Assembly: GCA_013286305.1 (NCBI GenBank)
Contig: JABDFW010000008.1
Span: forward strand, 1,596-65,595
Length of the DNA stretch: 64,000 nucleotides
Direction of reading: 5' to 3'
Source of the DNA: Bacteroidota bacterium
GTDB taxonomy: Bacteria; Bacteroidota; Bacteroidia; Chitinophagales; Chitinophagaceae
The position numbers and the translations under genes are program-made. The notes beneath the pieces are model-generated. The model had not been told where the DNA came from and searched no databases. It saw only the letters and a list, made by a program, of their open reading frames with translations. Positions 1-9,402 of this stretch are shown piece by piece (position 1 is the first letter of the stretch; the number at the start of each line of letters is the position of its first letter).

Positions 1-141
1 TATGGCTGTTACGCTGCTTGTTAACACAGGCGCCTTGCCATTGCCCCACATAGTTGTTGGCAGATCGGCCAGTTTGTTACAGTCGGTATATATAAAACCG
101 ATACTAACCATAACAAAAATGAGTTTTAAAATATGTTTCAT
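1..141 (-). CDS. SusE/SusF-like lipoprotein, N-terminal fragment running off the left edge
   Basis: ATG at 141..139. The translation MKHILKLIFVMVSIGFIYTDCNKLADLPTTMWGNGKAPVLTSSVTAI has a lipoprotein-type signal plus Cys, and its APVLTSSV segment parallels VPVLTASV in the adjacent SusE-like ORF. It is the last gene of the susC-susD-susE string. Confidence 0.4.
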   Translation of the reverse strand, partial: MKHILKLIFVMVSIGFIYTDCNKLADLPTTMWGNGKAPVLTSSVTAI

Positions 142-181
142 ACAATTAGTTTAAAATAATTTTTTTGTCAATTTTAATACC

Positions 182-1057
182 CTATTGTTTGGTAACGGTT
201 ATTATACCGGTTTGAAAATTTACATCAAATTTATAGGTGCCGGCTGCTATAGGGCCAGGGAAATTTGAACTTAAATCTAATCCAAACGTACCTCCCGAAA
301 ATGGCTGGCTTGCTGTATTGCTGCAAGCATATTTATGACTCCAGCTACCATTAACAGGTAATATAAGATATTGGTCACTTGCGTTGGAATTTGTTGGGTC
401 ACCGCCAGAAAGCGCTATGGTAAGCTGGTAATCAGTTGGGCTTACCTGTGTAAATTGCTGCGAACTTGGCACCGGGTTAGACCAACCGCCCATCAAGGGA
501 TCGCCGCCAACCAAAACCAATGTACCTGAAGCAGGTGGTTCAACAACAGGTGGGGGTGCATACGGCGTAACTTTATAATCAATCGCGCTAGACGCTAACG
601 GAGCTATGTTTGCAGAGCCGGAAGTATAAGGCGCCAACAATGCGACCACTCTAACCTCTAACGTATGCTGCTGCCCTAAAGAAAGCTGCAGGCCATTTGC
701 TATAAGGCTGTTCAATGCATCTACAGTAAATGAGGTGCCCAAAGCAGGGCTTATTTGTACGGTTTGCATGTGCGGGCTGCTAAAATTTGCCCCGGCTGTA
801 TCAAACTCCAGGTTGTAGGTAACATTGAGCGAGCTTATACCATCGCTAAACTTGTAGTTGGGATTTGTCCACGCAAACACTACCGCAGTATTGCCTTTAA
901 TGGAATTATCCAGCGGTATTGAGTCGCTTACTGAAGCAGTCAATACAGGTACAGTACCGCCACTGAAAGTAACATCTGTGCCTTCCTTCTTACATGCCTG
1001 CAAAAGAAGTATGCTGCATGTGGCGATAAGTAGTAATTTATTTAAAAACTTTTCCAT
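182..1057 (-). CDS. SusE/SusF-like outer-membrane lipoprotein
   Basis: 291-aa ORF with lipoprotein signal (LLLQAC), directly downstream of susD. The Gly/Thr/Ser-rich, all-beta composition is typical of SusE/F accessory proteins. Confidence 0.6.
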   Translation of the reverse strand: MEKFLNKLLLIATCSILLLQACKKEGTDVTFSGGTVPVLTASVSDSIPLDNSIKGNTAVVFAWTNPNYKFSDGISSLNVTYNLEFDTAGANFSSPHMQTVQISPALGTSFTVDALNSLIANGLQLSLGQQHTLEVRVVALLAPYTSGSANIAPLASSAIDYKVTPYAPPPVVEPPASGTLVLVGGDPLMGGWSNPVPSSQQFTQVSPTDYQLTIALSGGDPTNSNASDQYLILPVNGSWSHKYACSNTASQPFSGGTFGLDLSSNFPGPIAAGTYKFDVNFQTGIITVTKQ

Positions 1058-1082
1058 ATATTTTTAATTTTTCGCTTAAAAA

Positions 1083-2738
1083 TTAGTACCCCTTGTTTTG
1101 AGTTAAATTAGAATTTGCCTGCAGGTCGGTGATTGGTAGCGGGAAAATACTGTAGTGACTATCCACGCCGGTTCCGCTTGCAACACCACCTTTCCAGGGC
1201 CATAAATAACTGCCGCTCGTAAATTCGTTAAACCTCACAAGGTCAGTACGGCGAAAGCATTCCCAATATAATTCGCGCCCTCTCTCGTCCAGGATAAAAG
1301 GCAATGTAAGGTCAGCAGAAGAAATATTACCGGTGGTATTGCCATAAGCACGCGTTCTTAAAAGATTGATATAATTAAGTGCAGTTGCAGCATCCCCGCC
1401 TGCACCGCCACGCAACACAGCTTCGGCATATATAAGATATTGTTCACCCAGGCGAAATAACGGATAATCAGTAGAAACAAAAGTTCCTCCTGCATTGGGT
1501 TCTGCTTCAACACCGGCAGAAGTGATATTGGTATATTTTATCACGGGTAACCCCTGGTTGAATTGAGCTATATTAGAGATAGTTTTGGTTACCCCTGTAG
1601 TATTCAGGAATATAGCGCGTTTATCTACAGTAGTATCTGGTGTTGGAAAGAGGGCAGGAAGGTTGGCAGTGCTCCTGTTACCTCCCCATCCGCCGCTTGG
1701 CACGCCATAGTTGGCGGAACTCATTGCATAACCGGGGGCACCGGCAGTATAAGTAGAATTTACGCAGGCGCTGTTAACCAGGAAAGTTGTACCACCATAA
1801 GTTTGTGTGTTTATGCCGTCATACGGAATGGCTAAAATTACTTCCGGGTTGTTTAAATTATTATCGCCTTTAAAAAGGTTTGCATAACTCGGCATCAGGC
1901 TGTAGCCCGCATTAATAACCTTGCTTGCATAAGTGATCGCATCAGTATATCTTGGGGTACCTGTATAAACTTCTGCATTCAGGTATATACGGGCGAGTAA
2001 TGCCCATGCTGCGGCCTGGTCTGCACGGCCGTATTCATTTTGGTGCGGCGCAACCATGGCACTGTCGCATGAAAGCAATTCGGACTCTACGTATTTGAAC
2101 AGATCAGCACGCTGTATCTGTTTTGGAAAAGACAAAGGGCCTACGGGTGTGGTTTCTGTGCCAAATGCCGGATTGGCAAATGCATCCATCAAGGTTGCAT
2201 ATTGAAACGCACGTAAAAAACGGGCTTCTGCTTTGTAATAGGCTATATTGGCCGCATCTGCGCCGGTAATGTTGCGGCTTTGCAGGGCAGCGGCTGTACA
2301 ATGTGTAATAAAGTCATTGGCCAGTGTTACCTGGTAAAGGCTTCTTGCATACAAGCCTATCAGTATGGGGTCTGTTGCAGTCCAGTTCATATTATGAAAA
2401 TCGGGTACACCGGGGTCTCCCCATGCGCAAACAGCTTCATCAGTTGTCAACTCCTGCACATTCCATAAACACCTGATAAAATCCGAGGTGCCTGCATCAA
2501 CACCCTGTATATCTGAGCCACCGGGGCCTGAAACGCCTGTTAGAACATAACCGCCATAAACATTTGCAAGCTCCAGTTTATACCCTGCAGCGTTGCTGTA
2601 AACACTATCCGAAAAGACCGTATTCGCCGGTAAACGGTTCAGGTCTTTGTTACAGGAAACAAATGCTGCTGTAACAACGATAAAAGAAAGAGGTATTTTG
2701 AAAAGAATATTTTTCATATTTCTTATTTTTAAATTCAT
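1083..2738 (-). CDS. susD: RagB/SusD family nutrient-uptake outer-membrane lipoprotein
   Basis: 551 aa, lipoprotein box (AAFVSC), TPR-like SusD signatures (RAFQYATLMDAFANP, LIYAEA). Starts 5 nt after susC. An alternative start lies at M8 (2717). Confidence 0.9.
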   Translation of the reverse strand: MNLKIRNMKNILFKIPLSFIVVTAAFVSCNKDLNRLPANTVFSDSVYSNAAGYKLELANVYGGYVLTGVSGPGGSDIQGVDAGTSDFIRCLWNVQELTTDEAVCAWGDPGVPDFHNMNWTATDPILIGLYARSLYQVTLANDFITHCTAAALQSRNITGADAANIAYYKAEARFLRAFQYATLMDAFANPAFGTETTPVGPLSFPKQIQRADLFKYVESELLSCDSAMVAPHQNEYGRADQAAAWALLARIYLNAEVYTGTPRYTDAITYASKVINAGYSLMPSYANLFKGDNNLNNPEVILAIPYDGINTQTYGGTTFLVNSACVNSTYTAGAPGYAMSSANYGVPSGGWGGNRSTANLPALFPTPDTTVDKRAIFLNTTGVTKTISNIAQFNQGLPVIKYTNITSAGVEAEPNAGGTFVSTDYPLFRLGEQYLIYAEAVLRGGAGGDAATALNYINLLRTRAYGNTTGNISSADLTLPFILDERGRELYWECFRRTDLVRFNEFTSGSYLWPWKGGVASGTGVDSHYSIFPLPITDLQANSNLTQNKGY

Positions 2739-2742
2739 TCAA

Positions 2743-5721
2743 TTAAAACGACAGGCTTGCACCCGCTGTTATAGTTCTTGGCCGTGGATAAAGAACATTG
2801 TCTATCCCACTGTATATCTCAGGGTCTGAACCTGTGTACTTAGTGATAGTAAACACGTTTTGACAGTTTAGAGACAGCCTGAGGTTGTAATTATTTTTTG
2901 ACAGGAACCCGGCATTGTATGTAATACCCAGGTTATCCATTTTCAGGAACGAAGCATTTTCTACGTAATACGAAGAAAAGAACTGGTTATTGTAAAAGTT
3001 GGTTGTCAATACAGATGCCGGAGCATTCTGCAGGAATCCTGTCGGGTTCAATACATTTCTTGTTACAGCAAGGTTTGAGGCAGCGTTATTATACATGTAG
3101 TTACCAACACTTGCACGCAGTACTGTGCTGATGCTCCATTTTTTATACGTTACGCTTGTTGTAAAGCCGAATGTGAACGGTGCGAAAGGCGATTTGTAGT
3201 GTATCAGGTCTTTCTGATTAATTATCCCGTCCCTGTTCTGGTCTACATACAAACCTTCAATAGGCTTTCCATTTGCATTGTACACCTGCTGGTACACAAA
3301 GAAGGAATAAGGGGTATAGCCAACTGAATGCTCCTGTATGGTATTACCTGTACCGCCTGCAATGCCCCCAACAGCAAGGCTGCTGCTTGATTGGGCCAAT
3401 GAATCCTGTGATACAGACAGGTTGGTGATCTTAAATTGGTTGTAAGCAACATTAAACCCAACCTGCCATGCAAGGTCTCTGGTCTTTACTACGGTTGCAT
3501 CAATACTAAAGTCAACACCCTGGTCGGTCATATTGCCTACATTTCTTGTTAACTGGTTACCAAAGTCAGTAAGCGATGGCACAAATACATTTGCAAGCAA
3601 GTGGCTTGTTTTTTTATAATAATAATCTACGCTGCCGGTTATACGGTTATTTAAGAACCCAAAATCAAAGCCTGCATCCGAAGTGGCTGTTTGTTCCCAC
3701 TGAAGGTCTTTGGCATAAATAGCAGGGCTCCAGAAATTGTAATAGTTGCTTCCAAAATTGATCTTGGAAGTGTTTCCGCTTTGTGAATAATAATTAAGAT
3801 AGCTATAATAAGGTATGCCATCCTGTTGGCCAGTGATACCGTAACCTAAACGCAGCTTCAGATCGGATACAACTGTTGAATTCTTAAGAAAATCTTCCTG
3901 GTTGATCTTCCATGTAAAAGCCCCTGACGGGAAAACGCCCCAACGGTAACTTGGGCCAAAGCGTGAAGAACCATCGGTACGGATAGAACCCATAAGGATA
4001 TACTTATTATCGTAAGTATAGATCAAACGGCCATAATAAGAGATAAGTGTTACCTCGCTGTAGGATGTAGGGTAGGTAGGTGCAGTGCCCGGTAAAGTAT
4101 CATGAGCGGCACTGAACGACGGGTAATTGATATTATGGTAATAGTCATCATAGTAACCATAACCCGCTATAGCGTTAATATTACTTTTTATTGATTTGAT
4201 ATCTTTTACATAAGTCAAATAAAATTCGCCAACCTTATTTTGGTAATTATTATAATACTGGTTATCCTGCCCGCGTAAGGTTGGGATAGCATTATATGAT
4301 TGAGCCGCATACGAAGGTACCATCGTTGTTCCGTTATACTTGGCAATGTCATAACCTAAATTAAGGTTTGCATGCAGGTCTGGCAGAAAATGAAATTTGT
4401 AGTCAAATTGTATATTTCCAAAACTTCTTAATGCATGGTTCTCCGCATCATACTGCTGCAATAAGGCTACAGGGTTACGGTTTGATAAGGAGTTAGGCGT
4501 GGTGTCGTTGGTCTGCCACTCAAAATAACTTCCAAAGCTGCCTTTGTTGCTGAACACAGATTGTGTGGGATCGAAAGAAACCGCATTGCCAATTGCCCCT
4601 GTGTTCGCAGTGCGCGAATCGGTGCTTGAGCCATGGAGATTTATATCAATCTTCAGGTGCCTATCAAACAGGTAAGGTGTAAGGCTTACAGATACAGCTT
4701 CCCGTTTCAGGTTATCTGTTTTAAGAACACCGCTCTGGTTAAGGTATTCGGCCGAGATGCGGTATGGCAGGTTCTTTAAGCTACCGCTGATACTTAAATT
4801 GTTATCCGAAGTGATAGCCGTTTGGTACACCTGCTTCTGCCAGTCGGTATTTGAACTGCCCATCAATGCTTTTTGGGAAGTGGTACCAATAGAATCGATC
4901 AGGTTGCGGAACTGGGCCGCAGACATTACCGGGTACTCCTTTGGCACATAACCCGCAGAAAGCCCGGTGCTGAATGTTATTACAGGCTTCCCTCCTTTAC
5001 CATGTTTTGTAGTAATCATAATAACCCCGTTAGATGCTCTTGAGCCATAAATGGCAGTAGCCGAAGCATCTTTTAAAACAGAAAAACTTGCTATGTCATT
5101 AGGATTAATACCCTGTAAGTTAACAGAGCTGAGAGGCACACCATCAATAACAATAAGAGGGTCGCCGCTTGCATTTAAAGAAGCACCACCCCTTACACGT
5201 ATAGTGCTGCCAGCCCCTGGCTGGCCGCCGTTTGATGTAATAGTTACCCCAGCTACCTTACCTGCAATCAATTGTTCCGGCGAAGTAATAGAACCGGTTT
5301 GAAATTCTTTTTCACCAACGGTAGCAATTGAACCTGTAAGGTCTTTTCTCTTTACTGTTCCGTAACCAATAACTACAACATCATTCAATGAAGCGCTTAC
5401 CTGTATCATTGATACAGAAATAGTTCCTGAACCAATCGCTACCTCCTGCGTTGCATACCCTACTGAAGAAATAACCAATGTTTGGGCATTGGAAGGCACA
5501 GTTAGCCTGAATGCCCCGTTGTTAGCGGTCTGTGTTCCAATAGTCGTTCCTTTTGCAAGAACGGATGCCCCGGCAATTGGCGAGCCGGTGGAATCAGTAA
5601 CTTTTCCAGCTACCACTTTGTTTTGCGCAAGGGCTGGCAAGCTTATTATAAGCGCCGCTGGCAAAACAAGCATCATTAGCAGTCGTTTTAAATTCATAAT
5701 AGAAAGTTTTCTGGTTTTCAA
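2743..5721 (-). CDS. susC: SusC/RagA family TonB-linked outer-membrane transporter
   Basis: 992 aa. It has a signal peptide, a carboxypeptidase-regulatory-like N-domain (VAGKVTDSTGSPIAGASV), a plug (IRVRGGASL, VIDGVP) and a C-terminal barrel ending in F. Confidence 0.92.
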   Translation of the reverse strand: MKTRKLSIMNLKRLLMMLVLPAALIISLPALAQNKVVAGKVTDSTGSPIAGASVLAKGTTIGTQTANNGAFRLTVPSNAQTLVISSVGYATQEVAIGSGTISVSMIQVSASLNDVVVIGYGTVKRKDLTGSIATVGEKEFQTGSITSPEQLIAGKVAGVTITSNGGQPGAGSTIRVRGGASLNASGDPLIVIDGVPLSSVNLQGINPNDIASFSVLKDASATAIYGSRASNGVIMITTKHGKGGKPVITFSTGLSAGYVPKEYPVMSAAQFRNLIDSIGTTSQKALMGSSNTDWQKQVYQTAITSDNNLSISGSLKNLPYRISAEYLNQSGVLKTDNLKREAVSVSLTPYLFDRHLKIDINLHGSSTDSRTANTGAIGNAVSFDPTQSVFSNKGSFGSYFEWQTNDTTPNSLSNRNPVALLQQYDAENHALRSFGNIQFDYKFHFLPDLHANLNLGYDIAKYNGTTMVPSYAAQSYNAIPTLRGQDNQYYNNYQNKVGEFYLTYVKDIKSIKSNINAIAGYGYYDDYYHNINYPSFSAAHDTLPGTAPTYPTSYSEVTLISYYGRLIYTYDNKYILMGSIRTDGSSRFGPSYRWGVFPSGAFTWKINQEDFLKNSTVVSDLKLRLGYGITGQQDGIPYYSYLNYYSQSGNTSKINFGSNYYNFWSPAIYAKDLQWEQTATSDAGFDFGFLNNRITGSVDYYYKKTSHLLANVFVPSLTDFGNQLTRNVGNMTDQGVDFSIDATVVKTRDLAWQVGFNVAYNQFKITNLSVSQDSLAQSSSSLAVGGIAGGTGNTIQEHSVGYTPYSFFVYQQVYNANGKPIEGLYVDQNRDGIINQKDLIHYKSPFAPFTFGFTTSVTYKKWSISTVLRASVGNYMYNNAASNLAVTRNVLNPTGFLQNAPASVLTTNFYNNQFFSSYYVENASFLKMDNLGITYNAGFLSKNNYNLRLSLNCQNVFTITKYTGSDPEIYSGIDNVLYPRPRTITAGASLSF

Positions 5722-5908
5722 ATCAAAAAATTAGTGGTTGTTTATAGAAATTTGAATAGGCACAAGATCATTCACAGGCAAAAAAATTGCCTGTGGCATT
5801 ACAAAAAATCCAACATTATATACAGTAGGAAGCAAGCAGTCCACAGTTTTGGAAGATAATTTTGTTTGGTAAGGTTTCATTCTGACAGCAATTCGTTTTT
5901 GGCAATAA

Positions 5909-5952
5909 GTGTAAATTATACACAACCGTTTACAAATGTGTATAATTTACAC
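5909..5952. promoter_or_regulatory. Candidate operator: two 15-bp GTGTA-N5-TACAC boxes in inverted orientation, 14 bp apart
   Basis: GTGTAAATTATACAC (5909-5923) and its exact reverse complement GTGTATAATTTACAC (5938-5952). They lie about 190-230 nt upstream of susC and just downstream of the NUDIX regulator gene. Confidence 0.35.
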
Positions 5953-6097
5953 AACGTAAAAAAATTTTTTTTATGGATTTCGCCGATTTTTTAAAAAAAG
6001 CCAAAAAACCGCATGCAGCAGGAAATTCAGTTGCGGGGCTTTCATTAAATGCCTTGCTTAAAAAGTGCCGGGTTGAATAAAAAGGAACCCAGCAAGC

Positions 6098-6853
6098 TTA
6101 AAAATCAATACCCGTCCAACGACGCTTGTTCAATTCATATTTTTGAAAATTGAATTGGTAAAGCCTGCCCGGGCGGTGCGGAACATCGTCTTCATACTCG
6201 CCGGTATCAATCAAAAAATCCATAGAAAAGAATTTTTTCCTGAAATTCCTGCGGTCAAGCTTTACGTTTAAAATTGCTTCGTATAGGTTTTGGAGTTCAC
6301 GAAGGGAGAATTTTTCGGGCAGCAGGTTAAAGCCGAGGGGATGCTCCATAATACGTTTTTGCAGCCAGTTATAGCAATAATCCATTATTTCTTTATGGTC
6401 AAATGCCATTTCCTTAATATTCTGCACACTGTGCCAGTGCAACTCATTATCCATCTTCCCAAGCTTATGCTGCTCAATGTTTAATAATGAGCAATAAGCA
6501 ACCGTTAAAACACGCCCGCCGGGGTGCCTGCCCGGCTTACTAAAGGTGCGTACCTGTTCCAGGTAAACATCATCCATACCCGTTCTTTCACACAATACCC
6601 TGTAAGCGGCATCATCTAATTCTTCGTTATCTGCTGCAAAATCGCCCAGCAGCGACCACTGGCCTTTAAATATTTCAAGGTCGCTTCTTATTAAAAGTAT
6701 TTTTAATTCATTCTCATCAAAACCAAAGATCACGCAATCAACGGTAATAGGCACGCGCGGGTAGGAGGTAACGAGCTTTTCAGCACTTTTTATCAATCCG
6801 CCATTTTTGGTGCGCACAGGTTGTTGTATTACGGAGGAATCGTTATTCATCAT
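6098..6853 (-). CDS. NUDIX-domain transcriptional regulator (NrtR/AraR-like): NUDIX fold plus C-terminal winged helix
   Basis: 251 aa. A NUDIX-like core (WSLLGDFAADNEELDDAAYRVLCERTGM) is followed by a C-terminal segment (LRELQNLYEAILNVKLDRRNFRKK) typical of NrtR-family DNA-binding domains. Its position next to a PUL matches Bacteroidota sugar regulators. Confidence 0.7.
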   Translation of the reverse strand: MMNNDSSVIQQPVRTKNGGLIKSAEKLVTSYPRVPITVDCVIFGFDENELKILLIRSDLEIFKGQWSLLGDFAADNEELDDAAYRVLCERTGMDDVYLEQVRTFSKPGRHPGGRVLTVAYCSLLNIEQHKLGKMDNELHWHSVQNIKEMAFDHKEIMDYCYNWLQKRIMEHPLGFNLLPEKFSLRELQNLYEAILNVKLDRRNFRKKFFSMDFLIDTGEYEDDVPHRPGRLYQFNFQKYELNKRRWTGIDF

Positions 6854-6920
6854 GGCAATTAGTTAGTTGGCTAATGTTATTTTTAATGTATGGCAGCCCA
6901 AAAGTAATAAAATTTCTATT

Positions 6921-6935
6921 GTGTAAAATTAACAC
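6921..6935. promoter_or_regulatory. Third GTGTA-N5-AACAC box, upstream of the NUDIX regulator gene (possible autoregulation)
   Basis: GTGTAAAATTAACAC lies about 70 nt upstream of the regulator ATG and resembles the boxes at 5909-5952. Confidence 0.3.
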
Positions 6936-7095
6936 ATGTAAAACTAAAATTTCAAATATCTATTAAAAAGGCTAAAAAATTAGAAAAATAAAAAAATAAG
7001 CCGCCCATTTTAAATATTCACCCTGTTTTCTTTTACTTTATTAACTAATTACTTATTCATCTTTCCACCTTAATTTTATCGCCCAAACTTATTGT

Positions 7096-9276
7096 ATGTA
7101 TTCCGCAGAGCAAACAAAACATTTACAGCAGCAAACAAAAGCATTTATTGCCCATGCGCAGATAGATAAAAATGACGTTGAAGCTTTGCGCAATGTATTA
7201 CGGTTTCATGAATACAGGTATTACGTGTTAAATGACCCTCTTTTAGCCGACCCCGAATACGACCAGTTATTTAAACAACTTGAAAAGATTGAAGAAGGAA
7301 ACCCGGAATTGATCACCGGCGATTCCCCCACCCAAAGAGTTGGCAGCAGCCTTAACCAGTCGTTTCCTACAGTGCAGCACCTGGTTCCCATGCTAAGCTT
7401 AGACAATAGTTATGATGCCGATGACCTGCTTGATTTTGACAGGAAAGCGCGTGAATTGACAAGACTTGATGTGATTGAATATTGCATAGAGCCGAAGTTT
7501 GACGGAGCAAGTATTTCTTTAATATATGAGGATGATATGCTTGTTCGCGGTGCTACGCGGGGTGATGGTGTAGAGGGAGAAGATGTTACCACCAATATTA
7601 AACGCATACGCTCTATACCGTTGTCTGCGCCGTTTTCACAATACGGCATCCAGCAAATTGAAATACGCGGCGAAGTTTTAATGACAAAGGCTGCCTTTAA
7701 AAAATATAATGATGCACTTGCAGAACAGGGGCTTCCGCCATTGGCCAACCCGCGTAATGCAGCCAGTGGCAGCCTGCGTATTAAAGACCCCAAAATAGTT
7801 GGCAAAAGAAATCTTGAAGCGTTTTTGTATAATGTGAGCTATTATATTAGAGATGACAGATGGCAGATGACAGATGACAGGAAGAAGGAGGAAAAGGCTT
7901 CAGGCGCTTCTGTCAACTCTCATCTGTCATCTGTCAACCCTCTTTCCACCCACAGCGGTACACTGCAAATGTTATGGGAGTGTGGTTTTCGCTCTCCCCA
8001 AAAAGAAAAGATCGTTGTACAGGGCATTAATGAAGTAATTAAGCATGTACACGATTTTGAAGAAATGCGCGATACCCTGCCTTATGAAATTGACGGTATG
8101 GTAATAAAGGTAAATGAAATTGCGCTGCAGGATAAAATGGGCATGACCACCCACCACCCGCGCTGGGCAATTGCATTTAAATTTAAAGCAAGGCAGGCGA
8201 CAACTAAATTACGGGCGGTTGAATTTAATGTAGGCAGAACCGGCGCCGTTACCCCTGTTGCAAAACTTGACCCCGTGGCCGTTGGCGGCGTAACCGTTGG
8301 CAGTATATCTATGCACAACGAAGAATATATAAAAGAAAAAGACCTGATGATAGGCGATTCCGTTTTGATTGAAAGGGCCGGTGATGTAATACCACAAATT
8401 GTAAAATCTTTACCTGAATTAAGAACAGGCGATGAAAAACATATTCATTTCCCCAGGCATTGCCCTGTTTGCAAAAGTGAATTATACAAAACAGAGGATG
8501 AAGCTGTTTGGAGATGCATAAATATCGAGTGCCCCGCACAGGTGGTGGAACGCATCATTCATTTTGTAAGCAAAGATGCGATGGATATAAAAAGTTTTGG
8601 GGAAGCAAACGTGCGCAAGTTTTATGAATTGGGATTACTGAAAGATGTACCCGGCATTTATACGCTGGACTTTGATGCGATAAGCAAGCTTGAGGGGTTT
8701 GGTAAAAAATCAATTGATAATCTTCAAAGCGCCATTGAAGCATCTAAACAGCAGCCATTATACCGTTTAATATATGCGCTTGGCATTCGTTATGTAGGCG
8801 AAACAACTGCCAAAACAGTAGCCAATGCAATACACGATGTATTTGAATTGGAAAATATGAGCGATGTGCAATTGCAGCAAATGGAAGATGTTGGCGTTAA
8901 AGTAGCGCAAAGCATTTTTGCATTTTTTCAGAATAAAGAAAACATAAAAATACTTCACAAACTAAAAGAGCTTGGTTTGCAGATGTACAATATAAAGCGG
9001 TCTGCCCCAACAGAAAGCAATACCCTGCATGAACAAACATTTTTATTTACCGGAACGATGCTGAAACTTAAACGCAGCGAGGCTGAAGAAATGGTTGAAA
9101 AACACGGCGGCAAAATTGCAAGCGGCGTAAGCAGCAAATTAAATTACCTTGTAGTGGGTGAAGATGCAGGAAGCAAATTAGAAAAAGCAAAAAAAATAAA
9201 TACCATTAAGATCATCAGCGAAGATGAGTTTATAAAGTTGATTGGGGAAGAAGCCTCCTTAGCCCCCATCCCCTAA
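7096..9276 (+). CDS. ligA: NAD-dependent DNA ligase
   Basis: 726 aa. It has the KxDG adenylation motif (CIEPKFDGASISL), OB fold, Zn finger (CPVCKSEL...CINIECPAQ), HhH repeats and a C-terminal BRCT. Confidence 0.97.
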   Translation: MYSAEQTKHLQQQTKAFIAHAQIDKNDVEALRNVLRFHEYRYYVLNDPLLADPEYDQLFKQLEKIEEGNPELITGDSPTQRVGSSLNQSFPTVQHLVPMLSLDNSYDADDLLDFDRKARELTRLDVIEYCIEPKFDGASISLIYEDDMLVRGATRGDGVEGEDVTTNIKRIRSIPLSAPFSQYGIQQIEIRGEVLMTKAAFKKYNDALAEQGLPPLANPRNAASGSLRIKDPKIVGKRNLEAFLYNVSYYIRDDRWQMTDDRKKEEKASGASVNSHLSSVNPLSTHSGTLQMLWECGFRSPQKEKIVVQGINEVIKHVHDFEEMRDTLPYEIDGMVIKVNEIALQDKMGMTTHHPRWAIAFKFKARQATTKLRAVEFNVGRTGAVTPVAKLDPVAVGGVTVGSISMHNEEYIKEKDLMIGDSVLIERAGDVIPQIVKSLPELRTGDEKHIHFPRHCPVCKSELYKTEDEAVWRCINIECPAQVVERIIHFVSKDAMDIKSFGEANVRKFYELGLLKDVPGIYTLDFDAISKLEGFGKKSIDNLQSAIEASKQQPLYRLIYALGIRYVGETTAKTVANAIHDVFELENMSDVQLQQMEDVGVKVAQSIFAFFQNKENIKILHKLKELGLQMYNIKRSAPTESNTLHEQTFLFTGTMLKLKRSEAEEMVEKHGGKIASGVSSKLNYLVVGEDAGSKLEKAKKINTIKIISEDEFIKLIGEEASLAPIP
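7851..7936. repeat. Heptamer-word hairpin (GATGACA-type) inserted in frame within ligA
   Basis: The left arm AGATGACAGATGGCAGATGACAGATGACAGG (7851-7881) is imperfectly complementary to the right arm CTGTCAACTCTCATCTGTCATCTGTCA (7910-7936). It is translated as RDDRWQMTDDRKKEEKASGASVNSHLSSVN. Confidence 0.75.
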
Positions 9277-9402
9277 AGGGGGCTTTATAAACAGGTAATT
9301 TTTGATTAAACATACTGATAATTTATTAACACCAGAAGTTTGAGTAAAGTAGGTAACTATGATATTAACCCGGATAAACGCTCCTCTTTAGGGGATGGGG
9401 GC
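9262..9402. repeat. Pair of GC-rich hairpin repeats forming a perfect 17-bp inverted repeat across the ligA/HAD junction
   Basis: GCCCCCATCCCCTAAAG (9262-9278) and CTTTAGGGGATGGGGGC (9386-9402) are exact reverse complements. The ligA stop codon TAA lies in the CCCC-TAAA-GGGG loop. Confidence 0.7.
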
